The notes below the pieces were generated by a model. The model saw nothing but the letters and a program-made list of their open reading frames with translations, had not been told where the DNA came from and searched no databases. The translations under genes and the position numbers were made by a program. A DNA stretch of 64,000 nucleotides from Octopus vulgaris. Lineage: Eukaryota. The stretch covers positions 211,048,001 to 211,112,000 of the forward strand of contig OX597814.1 of assembly GCA_951406725.2 (NCBI GenBank). The letters are read 5' to 3'. This document shows positions 30,991-44,800 of this stretch, piece after piece (positions within the stretch are counted from its first letter, which is position 1; each line of letters starts with the position of its first letter).

Positions 30991-32212
30991 TCATGTTTAA
31001 AAACTGAACTTCTATTCGCTTTCTTCTAACACACATGGAAACTAGATCATCTCATTGTGTATCATATTACAAGGGGATGTTACTGTTGTTGCTTTTCAGA
31101 ACTAAGGAACTTCTCAAGCCCTTGTCTGTAATCACTGATTTATTTTTATAATTCTCTTCTACTATTATTCTGCTTCTTCCTTTATCACTCCTAAAGTGTG
31201 CTCTGTTTGACTTTGGTAGTGCTTTATCAAGCCTACCACCAGTTTATGATTAGTTATCTACCACCTTGTATATCCACCCGTAAAATGGGTCTATGAGTTA
31301 TGTCTTCTTCATACTTACACTCATTCATAAATATTTAATTTATAACTTATTATATTAATATAGACACGTATGGCCCGATAGAATATCTGTACAACAAGCC
31401 ACTTACTTTAATGTTCATTACATTTTGTACGCCGACCATTTGCTTTCCAATATTGAAATATATTCCAAACGTATAAATCTTCTATAAAATAATACCATCT
31501 GCCTATATATGTAATATTGATAACTCACACGAGTATATAATGTGATACCCATATTTCTGTATCACGACTGACTGTCTATTGAGTTTAATTAGTTGTAACA
31601 CCACTACTTCCTGGTATATACTGGTACACCACTATGGACTATTTTACATACGAGTACATGTATAGTAGGTGCTACATAAAAGCATATGATGCAATTAACC
31701 GAACATTTGTATACGCACAGGACCATTTTATATCATGTGTAATATACTGCGTGTGGTAACTTACAAACCTATCGCTTTTTTATTATCTCATTAGGGTATT
31801 AGTGTGTTTGTTGACATAAATTGCAATTGGTTTCCTATGAATTACCTTCTCCTAAATCTCCACTGCCATGTAATCTCGTTATTCTGCTTAAGAAGCAATC
31901 AATGCAGCTTTGACGACAGATTAAATGTGCGAATAATGTAATATTTCAGAGATATATGTGGCGTACAGGAACCCGTTCCATTATATGAAATATATTAAAC
32001 TTCGAAACATGGAGGGATGAGGGAAACGTAATCCACAGCAATATAGTTATTACGAAAAAAATAAGGCAGCAAAAACCAAAACAAAAATACTTATTTAAAT
32101 TTGGATGATTAAAAACGTTACTCATTCCCAGAGGAAATGGTTTGTGGCTTTCACTACTCCAAGGATGAAAATAGATAGATAGATAGATAGATAGGTATAT
32201 ACACACACACAG

Positions 32213-32243
<31 letters not shown>

Positions 32244-32260
32244 TTATATGCATATATAAA

Positions 32261-32473
32261 GGCGGCGAGCTGGCAGAAACTTTAGTACGCCGGGCGAAAT
32301 GCGTGACCGTATTTCGTCTGCCCTTACGTTCTGAGTTCAAATTCCGCCGAGGTCGACTTTGCCTTTCATCCTTTCGGGGTCGATAAATTAAGTACCAGTT
32401 GCGCACTGGGGTCGATTTAATCGACTTAATCCCATGTCTGTCCTTGTTTGTCCTCTCTGAGTAGTAAAGAAAC
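32261..32473 (+). mobile_element. SINE family B, full length, with ~26-bp TSD
   Basis: GGCGGCGAGCTGGCAGAAAC (A box) ... GAGTTCAAATTCC (B box); CATATATATATTTATATGCATATATA on both sides. Confidence 0.9.
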
Positions 32474-32604
32474 ATATATATATATTTATATGCATATATA
32501 GAAGTCTTATATATATATATTTGGGTAGATATTATCTCTCTGTCTCTTTCTGTCCCTCTGCCTGTCTGTCTCTCCCTCCCTCTCTCTCTCCCTCTCTCTC
32601 TCTC

Positions 32605-32653
<49 letters not shown>

Positions 32654-33666
32654 TTACAAATACATGCAACGATATACACGTGTGTATGCGTAAACATATG
32701 TGAATATGATATATAATTCATTTTGAATACGGATCTGTGATTTATCAGACGTTGTATACTGTTAGAATTTTATGAATCTGTAATATTGGCACTGAGAGAA
32801 ACAGTTCACTTACATGTAGTTTTCTGTCTACTCTGATTCCAGCAGGTGTTAAACCGCATAATTAAAATTTGAACAGGAAATATTTCTTCATTAACTTGTC
32901 AAAAGTCAATGAAATTTCATATACATTTCGCCCTTTGTTGAGATAAATTTTATTTGTATTTATTCTTTGATTTAACTTACTAAACACTCGCTTTACAACA
33001 TGGAAAAATATTCCGCATGTTGTATAAAATGATACTGAATTAATATTAACTTTTGTATCATCTGGTAGAAATCTAAATCTGTAAACGTTTATGCATGACC
33101 TGGTTTTTTTTTATCAGCGATGGATTCTAGATTAATTACTCAGAATATTAATTTCATGAATATTCGGAAAGTTTATTTTTGTTTTGCAGATGTTTGTTTA
33201 TGTTAGAGCTTTCAATAATGTGAGTAAAGAAAACACAGAAAAATGTTAATGCATTCCGTGTTTTAGTAGGCTGTTAGACTGAGAAGAAATTAATCGATAA
33301 GAAACAAAAAGAGGAAAATAGAGAGAAATATAGTAGTATGTTAAAATATAAATATAAATAGAAAGGTAGAACGTAAAGCAAAAATGTACGGGGCAATCTT
33401 TGCGAAAAACAACTGAACTTGCTGCAATTTAAAATGTTCTCCTTGATATTATAGGCAAATACATAAATCTATGTGCATGCGTATATAAAGATGTACCAAT
33501 GATATACAGCTAATGTGACACCTGCAATTTTAATATTATCAACACTTGAAACGAAAATTACTGTATAAATTTTTAATTTCCCGCTCCGCAGGACATACAT
33601 TAAGCATACGTGCATTTGTGTTTTTATATACACACACTTACGCATACACACACACACACACGTATG

Positions 33667-33700
<34 letters not shown>

Positions 33701-35032
33701 AGTGTGTGTGATTTCATGTACATGTATATATGTACACACACGCACTCACGCTCAGACACACAAGTATATATTAGTTACAAGTGTGATAGAAGGTGCAAAA
33801 TATACTAAAATATTTCGGCTCTCTAGAGATCTCTAAATTCGTCTCCAATATCCGACGTTGTTTGGCGCTAAAATTTCAGGTAGATTAATGTACAGAATGA
33901 GACAGATTGAAGACATATAATTACAAACATATAATGGGGATGTTAGATTTTATATATTCTACACTTGTTTCAGAAAGTCAGTTATCATCATTAAGCCGTG
34001 TTAGTTTGTCCTAATGTGTAATCTCAGCCACTTTTTTGAATGATATTATCAGTGTAATATACATCGTGGAGGAATATGCATGCACAGTTTTACTCAGATA
34101 TGGAGAATTATGCCAGAAATTTCATATACCAGGTTATAGGTTATTCAGGAGTGAGATAACTGCGCTGTATGTAAGGAGAATGGTAGGGTGCAGTTATACA
34201 TATTTTACTACCAGGGCAATACACAAAGACATACACACATGCTCGTAACAGCATGTAACAGTAATAATAAGAACAACATGTAGACCAACAATAATGACAA
34301 TAAAACTGACAGCGGTCAGTTGCATAAATTGCCACACGAATGCAAGAGGATAATAAACGTTTCCATGTAGACGATATCTGGGTAAGCGCATATGCGTTTA
34401 GGCAGGCATAGGCTTCAATATATTCGTAAAATATTTCCAAACGAATACCATGACATGTTTTCTAATCTACGCTTGAGTTAATTTAGTAGCTTTGACAATA
34501 CGAGAATACGGGAGTGACTGGAGATTTTTGGTGCATGCAAGTTACTTTCTCGTGGAAATATCAACCCTTAAACGGCGGACAATATCAATTGATGTTTCAT
34601 TAGAGAGCAGTGGACATCATCAATTAATGTTTCAAAACTTTTACATGGATACCGCCGTCATCAAAAGAAAGTTAAAATTTTACGCTTTTCCTAATGATGA
34701 GATTCTAAATTTTCTTATTCGGGAGACTAACAATACTTTGTACTCATTTGAAGTGAAAATAAGTATAAAAATAATACTAAAGAAAAAATAGAATTTTTAT
34801 CTTGTTTCTTTGTAACTAACGTGGTACACACGTTTATGCAAAACTTTTCGGCCGTTCAAGGGTTATACAAATATTTTTAAAATTTCTTTAAAAGTTTAAT
34901 AGTATGTGTTTGACGTCTGCAATGTCTTTTGTAAAAATCTGTGCATAAATCCACTCGTTCATTGAGAAACACATTTTCACACATTCATATACGTTCGTGC
35001 ATTTATACAGAGATGCAGAGAGACGTGAATGT

Positions 35033-35033
35033 A

Positions 35034-35105
<72 letters not shown>

Positions 35106-35144
35106 AATCTATCTATCTATCTATCTATCTATTTAACTATCAAC

Positions 35145-35178
<34 letters not shown>

Positions 35179-35240
35179 CTATCTATCTATCTATTTATCT
35201 ATCTATCTATCCATCTATCCATCAATCTATCTATTTATCA
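35033..35240. repeat. (CTAT)n microsatellite
   Basis: Direct inspection. Confidence 0.95.
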
Positions 35241-36852
35241 TCTATATGTGTGTATATGTGTCTGTCAGCATGTCTGTCTGCATATACACACAGGCTGGGA
35301 TTCTACTCGGAATTCCGTGAAACAACTTCAGGATTCCAAGAATACTTGCGTGTAGATTACTTTCGCGTAGATAAGACTTTGCACAGACCTCAAATCATCA
35401 GCGCAAATAACTATAACTGCAGGCCACAATACAGTTTAGACAACAAGTAAGCATTCGAACATCAGGTTATTTTATGTGAGTTTGCATTCTATATAAATGT
35501 TTTAATGAGAACTAAGAGTCCTTCAATCCTAGTTGCATATATAATTTTCTATATGTATCTGTATAAATGCATGCAAGTACATGATTACACACAAACTCAA
35601 AGATATAGAGGAGTATGGAAATTCTACAAGTGCATGTATAATTTTGCATGGGCAATGCTCACTAAAATCCACTTAATCCAATTTCTACTACTATTACTAT
35701 TTTTGCAAGAGATATTGCAGACGTCAATCTTATACTATGAAACATCTAAAGAACTTTTAAAAATATTCATATAACCGGTAATAGTAGTGATAGACTACTA
35801 CTAGTAGTAGTCTGTATCTACTGCTTCGCTTCTACTGTTACGAATATAATTACTCTTGCAGTTTCTGCCATTATATTAGGCAATGTTATTAATACTATTG
35901 CACACCGTAGGTTTGTTGTCTTCATGGAATAAATCTACAGTAATTTGTAGGTGCATGACCATTTTTGTTTTTCTCTCTTACTCTCTCTCTCTCTTGATAT
36001 ATATATATATATATATATATATCGTTTTCTCACCTTGAGTAGATCCGTGTATCTGTGTGTGTGAGAGAGTTCTTCCTTCTAAATACATACACAGAGAAAT
36101 AATAAAAATATATTTTTACAAATATCAATAGCAAATATATAGGTGCATGTGCAAGTATAATATTTTTAGGAATTGTTTATGAAAAGATTGTTGTATACGT
36201 CCGTGCATGCGTTTACATATGGTAATGGCTGTCGGGAAGTTTTGTATGTATTGTGGTAATTCGGTTTCCACCAATCAATAAAGTGATAACATCAAAGATA
36301 ATGTGTAAATAAGTGGAAGATCATATATGAAATAAAAGATAAAATATTACTTAATTAGGCACCATAGGGATTAATTCTCTAAATTGCTAAAATAGTCGTT
36401 GCTTTTTTGATATGTCCAAAATAGCTATTTTTGTCTTCTAATCAAATTATTTGATAATATCATTGTAATTCACTACGGAATGCCAGAGTTTGATTTTAGG
36501 GATAAGGTTACTGTATATTAGTATATAACATTTATGATTCTGTTTTACAGGCCAATTTCTATCTCCATTCAATCAGTGGAAATGATATGATGAACATCAA
36601 ACACTACCACCGCTAACATGGAAAACAGACGTAATGAATAATATCGATTAATTAGATATTCGCGAGGGATCATTATTTGGTAAGTGACGAAGACGGTATG
36701 TGTGAAATAAATCGGCTAAACACATAAAAATCGGTTGGTAATTTGCTTATTGTGGGGTCAGCGGGGAAAATATTGGTACACTGCGACGAATTTGAAGTTG
36801 CCGTATATACATGCATACAAACTCACACACACACACATGTATATATAGATAG

Positions 36853-36977
36853 GTACATACATACATATATACATACATACATACACACATACATACATAC
36901 ATACATACATACATACATACATACATACATACATACATACATACATACATACATACATACATGCATACATACAAACA

Positions 36978-37011
<34 letters not shown>

Positions 37012-37077
37012 CATGCATACATACATACATACATACATACATACATACATACATGCATACATACAAACATACATACA

Positions 37078-37111
<34 letters not shown>

Positions 37112-37282
37112 CATACATACATACATACATACATACATACATACATACATACACACATACATACATACATACATACATACATACATACATACAAACATAC
37201 ATACATACATACATACATACATACATGCATACATACATACATACATATATACATGCATACATACAATACATACATACATACA

Positions 37283-37313
<31 letters not shown>

Positions 37314-37336
37314 GCATACATACAAACATACATACA

Positions 37337-37370
<34 letters not shown>

Positions 37371-37447
37371 CACATACATACATACATACATACATACATA
37401 CATACATACATACATACATACATACATGCATACATACAAACATACAT
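36853..37447. repeat. ~600 bp (CATA)n array
   Basis: Direct inspection; source of the HTYI/YVCM pseudo-ORFs. Confidence 0.97.
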
Positions 37448-37793
37448 GTCCATCTGCATCTCTGAATGAATGCACGAACGTATATGAATGTGTGAAAATG
37501 TGTTTCTCTATGAAGAAGTGGATTTATGCACATATTTTTGCAAGAGATTTTGCAGACGTCAAACTCATATTATTAAACTTTTAAAGAATTTTTAAAAGCA
37601 TTTATACAACCCTTAAACGGCCGAAAAGTTTTGCATAAATGTATGTACCACACTAGTACAAAAAAAACAAGACAAAAGTCTAATTTTCTTCACTTCTATT
37701 TTTCTTTACTTATAATTTCATACTTATTTTCACTTGAAATGCGTATAAATTATTGTTATTCTCCAGCACAATAAAATGTTACACCCTTTAAAA

Positions 37794-38505
37794 CACCTGT
37801 CTGTGTTCGGCTTATCCTTGCACAGCTGCCATCCGGACTCCTGTCTTCGCCGTGAGCAGGGATTAATCTTTACTCTTCGTTCCTTTCCGCCACATGGGCT
37901 CAACTCTCCTCCCCTCTTCATGTAACCCTCCTCCTCTCTCCTCTCTTCCTCTCAAACATGCTTCCTCCCACATCACCACACTACACCACCACACCACACA
38001 CCGCGACACTACACACCATCATACCACAGCACCACACCAAAAACCACCAAGCCACTACACCACACCACATCACACCACCCCGCACACACTAGCAATATTA
38101 ACTTTCCAGTACACACACTAGCACTGACTACTTCCCAGCACCTACACCATCATCCATACACCTACACATGCATGTATTTGTTAAAGTCACCAGCCCACTT
38201 CCACACTCACATACACGCTCTCATATACTCACGCAGGCACACCTTCGTATTGGGATCGCCACTACTTTATTATCTCCCCTTCTTCCTAGCTATCCTGTGT
38301 GACCCCTCTGTCCAGTATTCGCCATAATAGATCGCTAGCTACTATAACTTTTTTCTATATTCTCTCCCTGTTTATATCTGTGTTCCTTCTGTCGAAGAGT
38401 GTAGGCTCGAAACGTAAAACACTTTCTCAATTCCCGAGCGTTAAACTAATATATCTGTTTGTTTACACAGCCGTCTTCGTCTTCTGTGTTGTTGGGAAAT
38501 TCTCA

Positions 38506-38506
<1 letters not shown>
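37794..38506 (+). mobile_element. Neptune-type Penelope-like element 3' end (GIY-YIG C-terminus, CA-rich UTR, HHR-like motif) ending at (TA)n
   Basis: 37794-37925 translates HLSVFGLSLHSCHPDSCLRREQGLIFTLRSFPPHGLNSPPLFM*, matching the PLE endonuclease end RxxE..I..L....P.GLN; HHR-like motif at 38385-38420. Confidence 0.8.
38385..38420 (+). ncRNA. Hammerhead-like motif, core CUGUCGA
   Basis: CTGTCGA-a-gagt gtag gctc-GAAA-cg-TA. Confidence 0.55.
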
Positions 38507-38563
<57 letters not shown>

Positions 38564-39029
38564 GCAAATGTGTATATACATGTACATAGAGAGATGCTGA
38601 ATATAGAAATTACTTAGTAGTGCTGAAATTGTTTGAACCCACACTCTTAATCGAGTATGGAGTATGAAGTGCGAGGGAGTAAAGAGTAGTTCCTAAGAGG
38701 AATCCATATGAGCAGGTAGGAAGATAACGATGAAAAAGAAAATCATATAAAACATTGGGTTCACCCAGAGGCTGGATTTACTCATGTTTGTTTCCATATC
38801 TGGCCGCATATTTATGTGAACTATATCCGCCAAAATTATGAAGTAATTCCGAGACCCTAGAATCAGCCGGACCTGTAATATTATAACATTCTTAGTTTTC
38901 AATTTCTGTTTCTTTGTACTCTATGTAAGTTTGGTCTGATAATAATTAGATATCTATATATTTATACTTGTATACACATCTTCAAATTTTCAGTGTTTGC
39001 CTCCTCTCTATTTACCTTCATACATACAT

Positions 39030-39087
<58 letters not shown>

Positions 39088-39090
<3 letters not shown>

Positions 39091-39240
39091 AAGGGAAAGT
39101 TTACGAAAATAAACAAAAGACGAAGACAGGTGGTGTACAAAACAAACAGATGCATTAGTATAGCGCTCAGGAATAGAAAAAAGTATTTTACGTTTCGAGC
39201 CTACGCTCTTCTACAGAAAGGTACACAGAAAAAACAAGGA
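39088..39240 (-). mobile_element. Neptune-type PLE 3' fragment ending at (TA)n, with HHR-like motif (39186-39220, core CUGUAGA)
   Basis: Reverse complement of the 24435-24590 family. Confidence 0.75.
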
Positions 39241-39308
39241 TATTGTCACTTTCTCCCTGTCTCTCTCTCTCTCTCTCTCTGTATATATATATATATATAT
39301 ATACATAC

Positions 39309-39339
<31 letters not shown>

Positions 39340-40179
39340 ATAATAGCAGCAATAAGTAAGTCAAATGACATAAGAACCTATATAATGCAAATAGACTCTA
39401 TTATATGGTATGTTCTGAAGAACAACATACTATACAATACAATACTTAAAAAGTATAATGAACAAAACTAAAATGTACACAGTTAGTAATGTGGAGTGTG
39501 TACATCTCTGTAATGTCAAATATTCCCAATAAAATGACCATGTGAAATCTTATATATAATGTAAGAACATCAGCGAAACATGAGTACGAGAGGCCTAAAA
39601 AGCATTGTTCAGAACGCTAGGAACCATTCCTCTGATTTCTATAATGAAAGAACACTGATATAATATATTCAGTTACTAGATATTTTGATTAAAATTTTAG
39701 ATTTATCCGATTAGTTAGGAAATTGATTTTCAAAGTATTTCCTATATCAGCTCTATCTCACAAAGAGGAAGGGCCTACTCGATTGGTAATTTAAATAATT
39801 AGCATTAATGGAAAGTTAAAATTATATAATACATTCCAGGCAATTTTGATGTGGCATGTATATGTGTATATTTTGCAAACAACTTGGAGATGCAAGTGCT
39901 ACTATTTAAAAGCTCCACAGATTGGACGCTAGCAGGTTTGAGGGTCATAAAAATCTAGATTGCGTGCTGTTTTGGGATCTTTGTTGCAACGGCATTATTG
40001 CGCGCATTATTGCCCCTCCTCCCTGAGACGAGATCCATCTTGCTAGTCAACTGGTTAGAAGGCGTCATTCAATAAACTGTTTACGATTTCTTATCGTCTC
40101 GTCTTAACCAAGTCCAGCGGCTTACCTTCTCCACTATTGCCTGAGGCAATTTCTACTCTTTTCCTCTGGAAGCCATCTA

Positions 40180-40420
40180 CTCGCGATACCAGAGGGCGCA
40201 CACTCTCCTACCCTGATGGACCATGAAGTCTGGCGTAGCATAGTAAATTCCATTGTCTCGACCACGGTCGAACAATGATGATGATGATCTCCACTATAAT
40301 TTGGATATCGCTTATGATGCTATCTGCTTTGCGATGAGTTAGACCTATCGACAACAAGCCTCGCCTCACACTGTTTCCAATGAATTCTCTACATCCAATT
40401 TCCATTAGAGAACGCCATGC
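40180..40420 (-). pseudogene. Decayed RLE-type LINE endonuclease C-terminus (HERO/NeSL-like)
   Basis: MEIGCREFIGNSVRRGLLSIGL resembles the EVGCRGF.G.S...L..LG motif of R2-superfamily elements. Confidence 0.5.
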
Positions 40421-40799
40421 TTCTAGCCTGCGTCCTCACATTTCTCGAAGAGGTGTTTACAGCAACCGAACATTCGGTTCCAAGCGACAGCTATGCTATC
40501 GCCAAGGATAACTTTTATCTTGACCGGATACACTACTTCTGTTTTCTCTCAGGATATGCAAATATCTTGTTTCCGCGTTACTACAATGGGCAAAAATCTT
40601 TGGCACCTTGGTAAAACTGAAGCCGCCTCATAATAGCCGTTTCACTTTCCATCGTATATTTGTGTATATATGCGCGCGCGCGTGTTTCACGTAGAAAGTT
40701 TTCAATATAGCAATACGTTTTCACATTTCAGTTTCAGTACTTGAACTTATTCATCCATCAAATCATAAACAAATGCATGCATACATTCACTGATACATA

Positions 40800-41897
40800 C
40801 AGGAGTTGGACAAAATAATGGAAATAGCTTAAAATTTTAAACAAATTTATTTTAATGAGGTAAGACCGCCTTTGGTAGTAGTTACAGCTGGAATTCTACG
40901 AGATATGGACTCGTACAGAGTTTGAATTGTTTCCAAAGGAATTTTTGTCCATCCTTCAGCTAAAACAATCTTTAGTTCTTGTAGTGATGATGGTGGAGGA
41001 TATTGACCCCTTACATGTTTTTCTAAAATGCACCATAAACGTTCAATAATATTGACATCTGGGGACTGTGGTGGCCTGATAAAATGTTCAACTTCACTCG
41101 AATGTTCCTCGTGTTATTCAGTAAAAAATTTAGCTGTGTGAATTGTTCCATTGTCATCCTGTAAGATTACGCCCCCCCCCCCCCCCGTTACAGAATCAGT
41201 TTCGTAAACATAGGATGAATTTGACCGGGTAATATGCTTAAATAGTGTTGACTATCAATTCTGCCATGAAGGGAAACCATTGAGTCGTGGGATCTCCAAG
41301 ATATAGCCCCCACCGATCATCACAGATCATCGCCCATGTTTAACAGAAAACTGTCTGGGTCAAATGCTGCCTCCACACGTATACTCGGCCGGTGGTCGGA
41401 AATAAAGTAAAGAATGACTCGTCCGAGGAATTAACATTCTTCTACTATTCTAGGGCCAATTCTGTAGATTTTTACTCCACTCTAAGCACTTTGCAACGTT
41501 TGTTTTTGAAAGTAGTGGTTTCTGATTGCAGCCATCCCATGAAATCCGGCCTAGTGCTGATTTGTTGTGACGACGGGGATTTTCCCTCTTTCTCAAAATC
41601 TGTCATTACTTTCGAGACAGAACGTTTTGATATACCAAATATTTCGGCTGGTTTCGTTACACTAGCGCCTGTCATACGAACAATTTTGAAAGTCTGATAG
41701 GTCTGTCATTTTAATGAATTTTAATTACATTTTCTGACGATATATGAGAGGAAACAGCCATTTTAGCAAAACATATTAAGCGACACTAATAATAAATCGA
41801 AAAACATAAAAATAAAAAAGCTTTTGCCGGTTTTATAGATATTTCAAAATTATGATGCGATGATACTAGGTGTTTCCATTATTATGTCCAACCCCTG
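40800..41897 (-). mobile_element. Decayed Tc1 (DD34E) DNA transposon
   Basis: TIRs CAGGAGTTGGACAAAATAATGGAAA / TTTCCATTATTATGTCCAACCCCTG; fragments GASVTKPAEIFGISKRSVSKV (HTH), SDESFFTLF, QDDNGTIH, PPQSPDVNIIERLW. Confidence 0.9.
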
Positions 41898-44800
41898 AAC
41901 ATGCAAACATACATGCGCACATAATTATATAGGTGCACGTGTGTACCCTGTTGTGCTTGTTTGTTACACATACTTTGCTATGGCAGCATTCTGGCGAAAA
42001 TATTACCTGCTGCATTTTTGTGAATCATTATTGTTGTCACAGAATAATCAGTTCCTGCTGCTAAAATTTCTCGTGCGATCGTTATTCATTCTCATTTTCT
42101 TCTCTACGACATCAAAACCCATGAAAACCTCCCATCACGAGACAAAATTTGTTTATTATATTTCGCATATTTTATCTGTCACATGATAACGCCACATGAT
42201 CATGAAGCTTTCTTTCAGTCTGTCTCCGGGTTGTGAAAAACTGATCCACTTTTTTCTCTTAAGTACAGTCGTATCCAGTTACTAAATTTGCTGCAGCTGA
42301 CATACTTATGCTTCTGGAGACATCATATTCTGGCGTATTTCTGTGTGATGTAACTCCTTAAGTCATCCTTTTTAAAAAAAGAAATTCCTCTTAAAACTTT
42401 AATGGGTTTGTTGTTCATGACTGCAATATGGCATAGAAATACAAGCAACATAGCGAAGTAACTTTGCACTTTCAAGTCATTAGCTCAATGAAGCAGCATT
42501 CTTTTTGATTATTTCTTTCGTTTTCACTCTTGCATTCTGTTTTCTCGCCATATAGATAATCCAAAATAGCATTGAAAATATTACCTTGCTCTATTGTGTA
42601 TGTGCATGTCATCCTATCTGGTGGATAAGCAAAATTTGTATTTCTAGTGATAACTTCCGTACTAAATGAATACGATCCAATGAAGCATAGTTTCTACTCT
42701 GAAAACAGTAACTGTTATTTTCCAAAGTTTAGCTTTAACCGACACTTTGTAATTTTGACCTCTATGTTAAGTTACTTTGACTACACACGCAGACGCATTT
42801 GTGTGTGTAAGAGTGTGAATGAGGCTGCTGGACAAAGGAAGCACACATATAAAGCTAATGCGTGCCTGTATATTCCGTATGTTTGTGTTTGAGAATAGGT
42901 GTAACTAAGTAAATATTGTGACTTTTGATGGAATAGAAATTAAATGATGCATGGCAGCTCCGAATTGTCAGAAACCATTTAGTGTTCTTTGCAATCTGAA
43001 ATTCAACCGCACTGTTTTCCCTCTCCTTTTCAATATCGAAGAAATCAAACGCCTATTCAGGTACTTTATATTCTTGAGTAAAATTTTAGGATAAAGGACA
43101 ATTGTTTTTAACAGATTTGTATCGTACATTTATGCGGAGAGACAATGCAGGTTTGATGAACATGTCTCTATCTATTCAGCAAGTTAACTTGAAAACATAA
43201 GCAAGGGAAACAGAAAATAACCTTAGTATAAGATATTCAAATTTGAAGTGCATAGCGCTCATCAGTGAAGTTATTTGCGTAGTTTATTGACTTGTAAGCA
43301 TAGAAATGGTACACACTTAACAATCATGACCAATGAAATACTAAAAATTGAAAATTTGTGAAACATATGCAGAATTTTAGTAAGAAATAGAAGTAAAACG
43401 TAAGTGGCAGATACATGTATCTTTTCATTTTGAAGGTTATGCAATATTTATATCCAGTTATGGACACTCGACCCGTTGTGAATTAGTTTACACATTCTGT
43501 TAAAAGTTATGAAGCTAATCTGATTGAATAAACCGACATTAAAACTGACATCATTATTTAACTTTCTAAAGAATTATGCAGGGTATCTAAAAGTCCAACA
43601 GTAGGATACTCCATCAATAAAATCTAAGTTCGTACGAATTAGCAAACTTTTTTCAAAGTCTGAGTTGATATTTTCTATGGCAAGAAAGGTTTTTCGTTTT
43701 CTATATTTTCACAATTTCCTAAGAAGTAGAAATTACTGACAAGTAATTGATTTGTGGGTATGGTTTTAAGAGAAATCAGTTTTCGCAGGGGTGTAAATTC
43801 CGGGCGAGTGTCTAAATAGCAAGAGATGACACTCCACGGCTCTACCATTTATCCAGTACAAGAATCAATCAGAAAATCCTGATTCTAAAATACTCTAAGT
43901 ATTTTATTACTTTTTGTGTTAAACACACTATACCATATCTAAATTTAAACAGCGTATGCACTTAGTACGCTCTTATTGAAATATAGACATTATTGGCCGA
44001 GTTAAAACTATTCAGTTCATTACGAAAATTTATGTAAGAGTGAAATTCGATCCAAAGATGCTACCTTTCATTTCTTTTGTTATATTAACAAGAGCATAAA
44101 TATTCCCGTCTATTTCAATTTTTCGTGTCATACAGCGTCTCTTTTTCATAAAAGAAACTCAATATCATCCTGTATTTAAAGTCCAACCCAACTATCATGT
44201 TATGCAAGAATAAAAGTAAGAATTGTAAAATAATTATGATTAAATTAATTATCTCTATCATCAATTGTTTCATTCGAAATACTAAACGGTCATAAAAATC
44301 GATCTCGATCCGTATTACCGGATTAATTTTCAATCCGATTGTAAATATCATGAAACAATTTCAGTTAATCTTCAGAAATGAAATCTTGCATTAAAAGGTC
44401 AACGTATGATTCTTTTGTGAACGTTCCCAACAGTGTACAATTTTCTTATCTTTGACATTTATAATGTAATTTCTATACACCGTGCATTCAAAGATTTTTA
44501 CGAGACGGGTGAGAGTGGGACAGGAATATAGAAGTCATTTAAGTTTATTCGCAGTTGCATGCTTAGTAACAAAAACATATGTATCTAATTTCAGCTGCAA
44601 TTGGCATTTGCTATGGAAATCGAATCGGAAATCTTATTGAGGATTTTACAATTTTATGGTAACTGATATATCATCATGTTTTTTTTTTATTTTCAATATT
44701 CTAATTGCATTGAAATAACTTCAGAGAGAATGATAAACTCCGCTTTATGAAAACAGCGCATGTGAAAGTTAAACCGCGCATTAAATTTCGAAGCCTGTTT

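Larger units (their letters stand above)
34741..37745. repeat. Long inverted repeat pair (~280-290 bp arms: 34741-35020 and 37452-37745), partial third copy 35697-35777
   Basis: e.g. TTATGCAAAACTTTTCGGCCGTT vs AACGGCCGAAAAGTTTTGCATAA; CATTTTCACACATTCATATACGTTCGTGCATT mirrored. Confidence 0.85.

Noticed and set aside
36743-37584. 200-240 aa ORFs (HTYI/YVCM repeats) and all IYIY, ERER, poly-I/L/Y ORFs
   Set aside because: Translations of microsatellites
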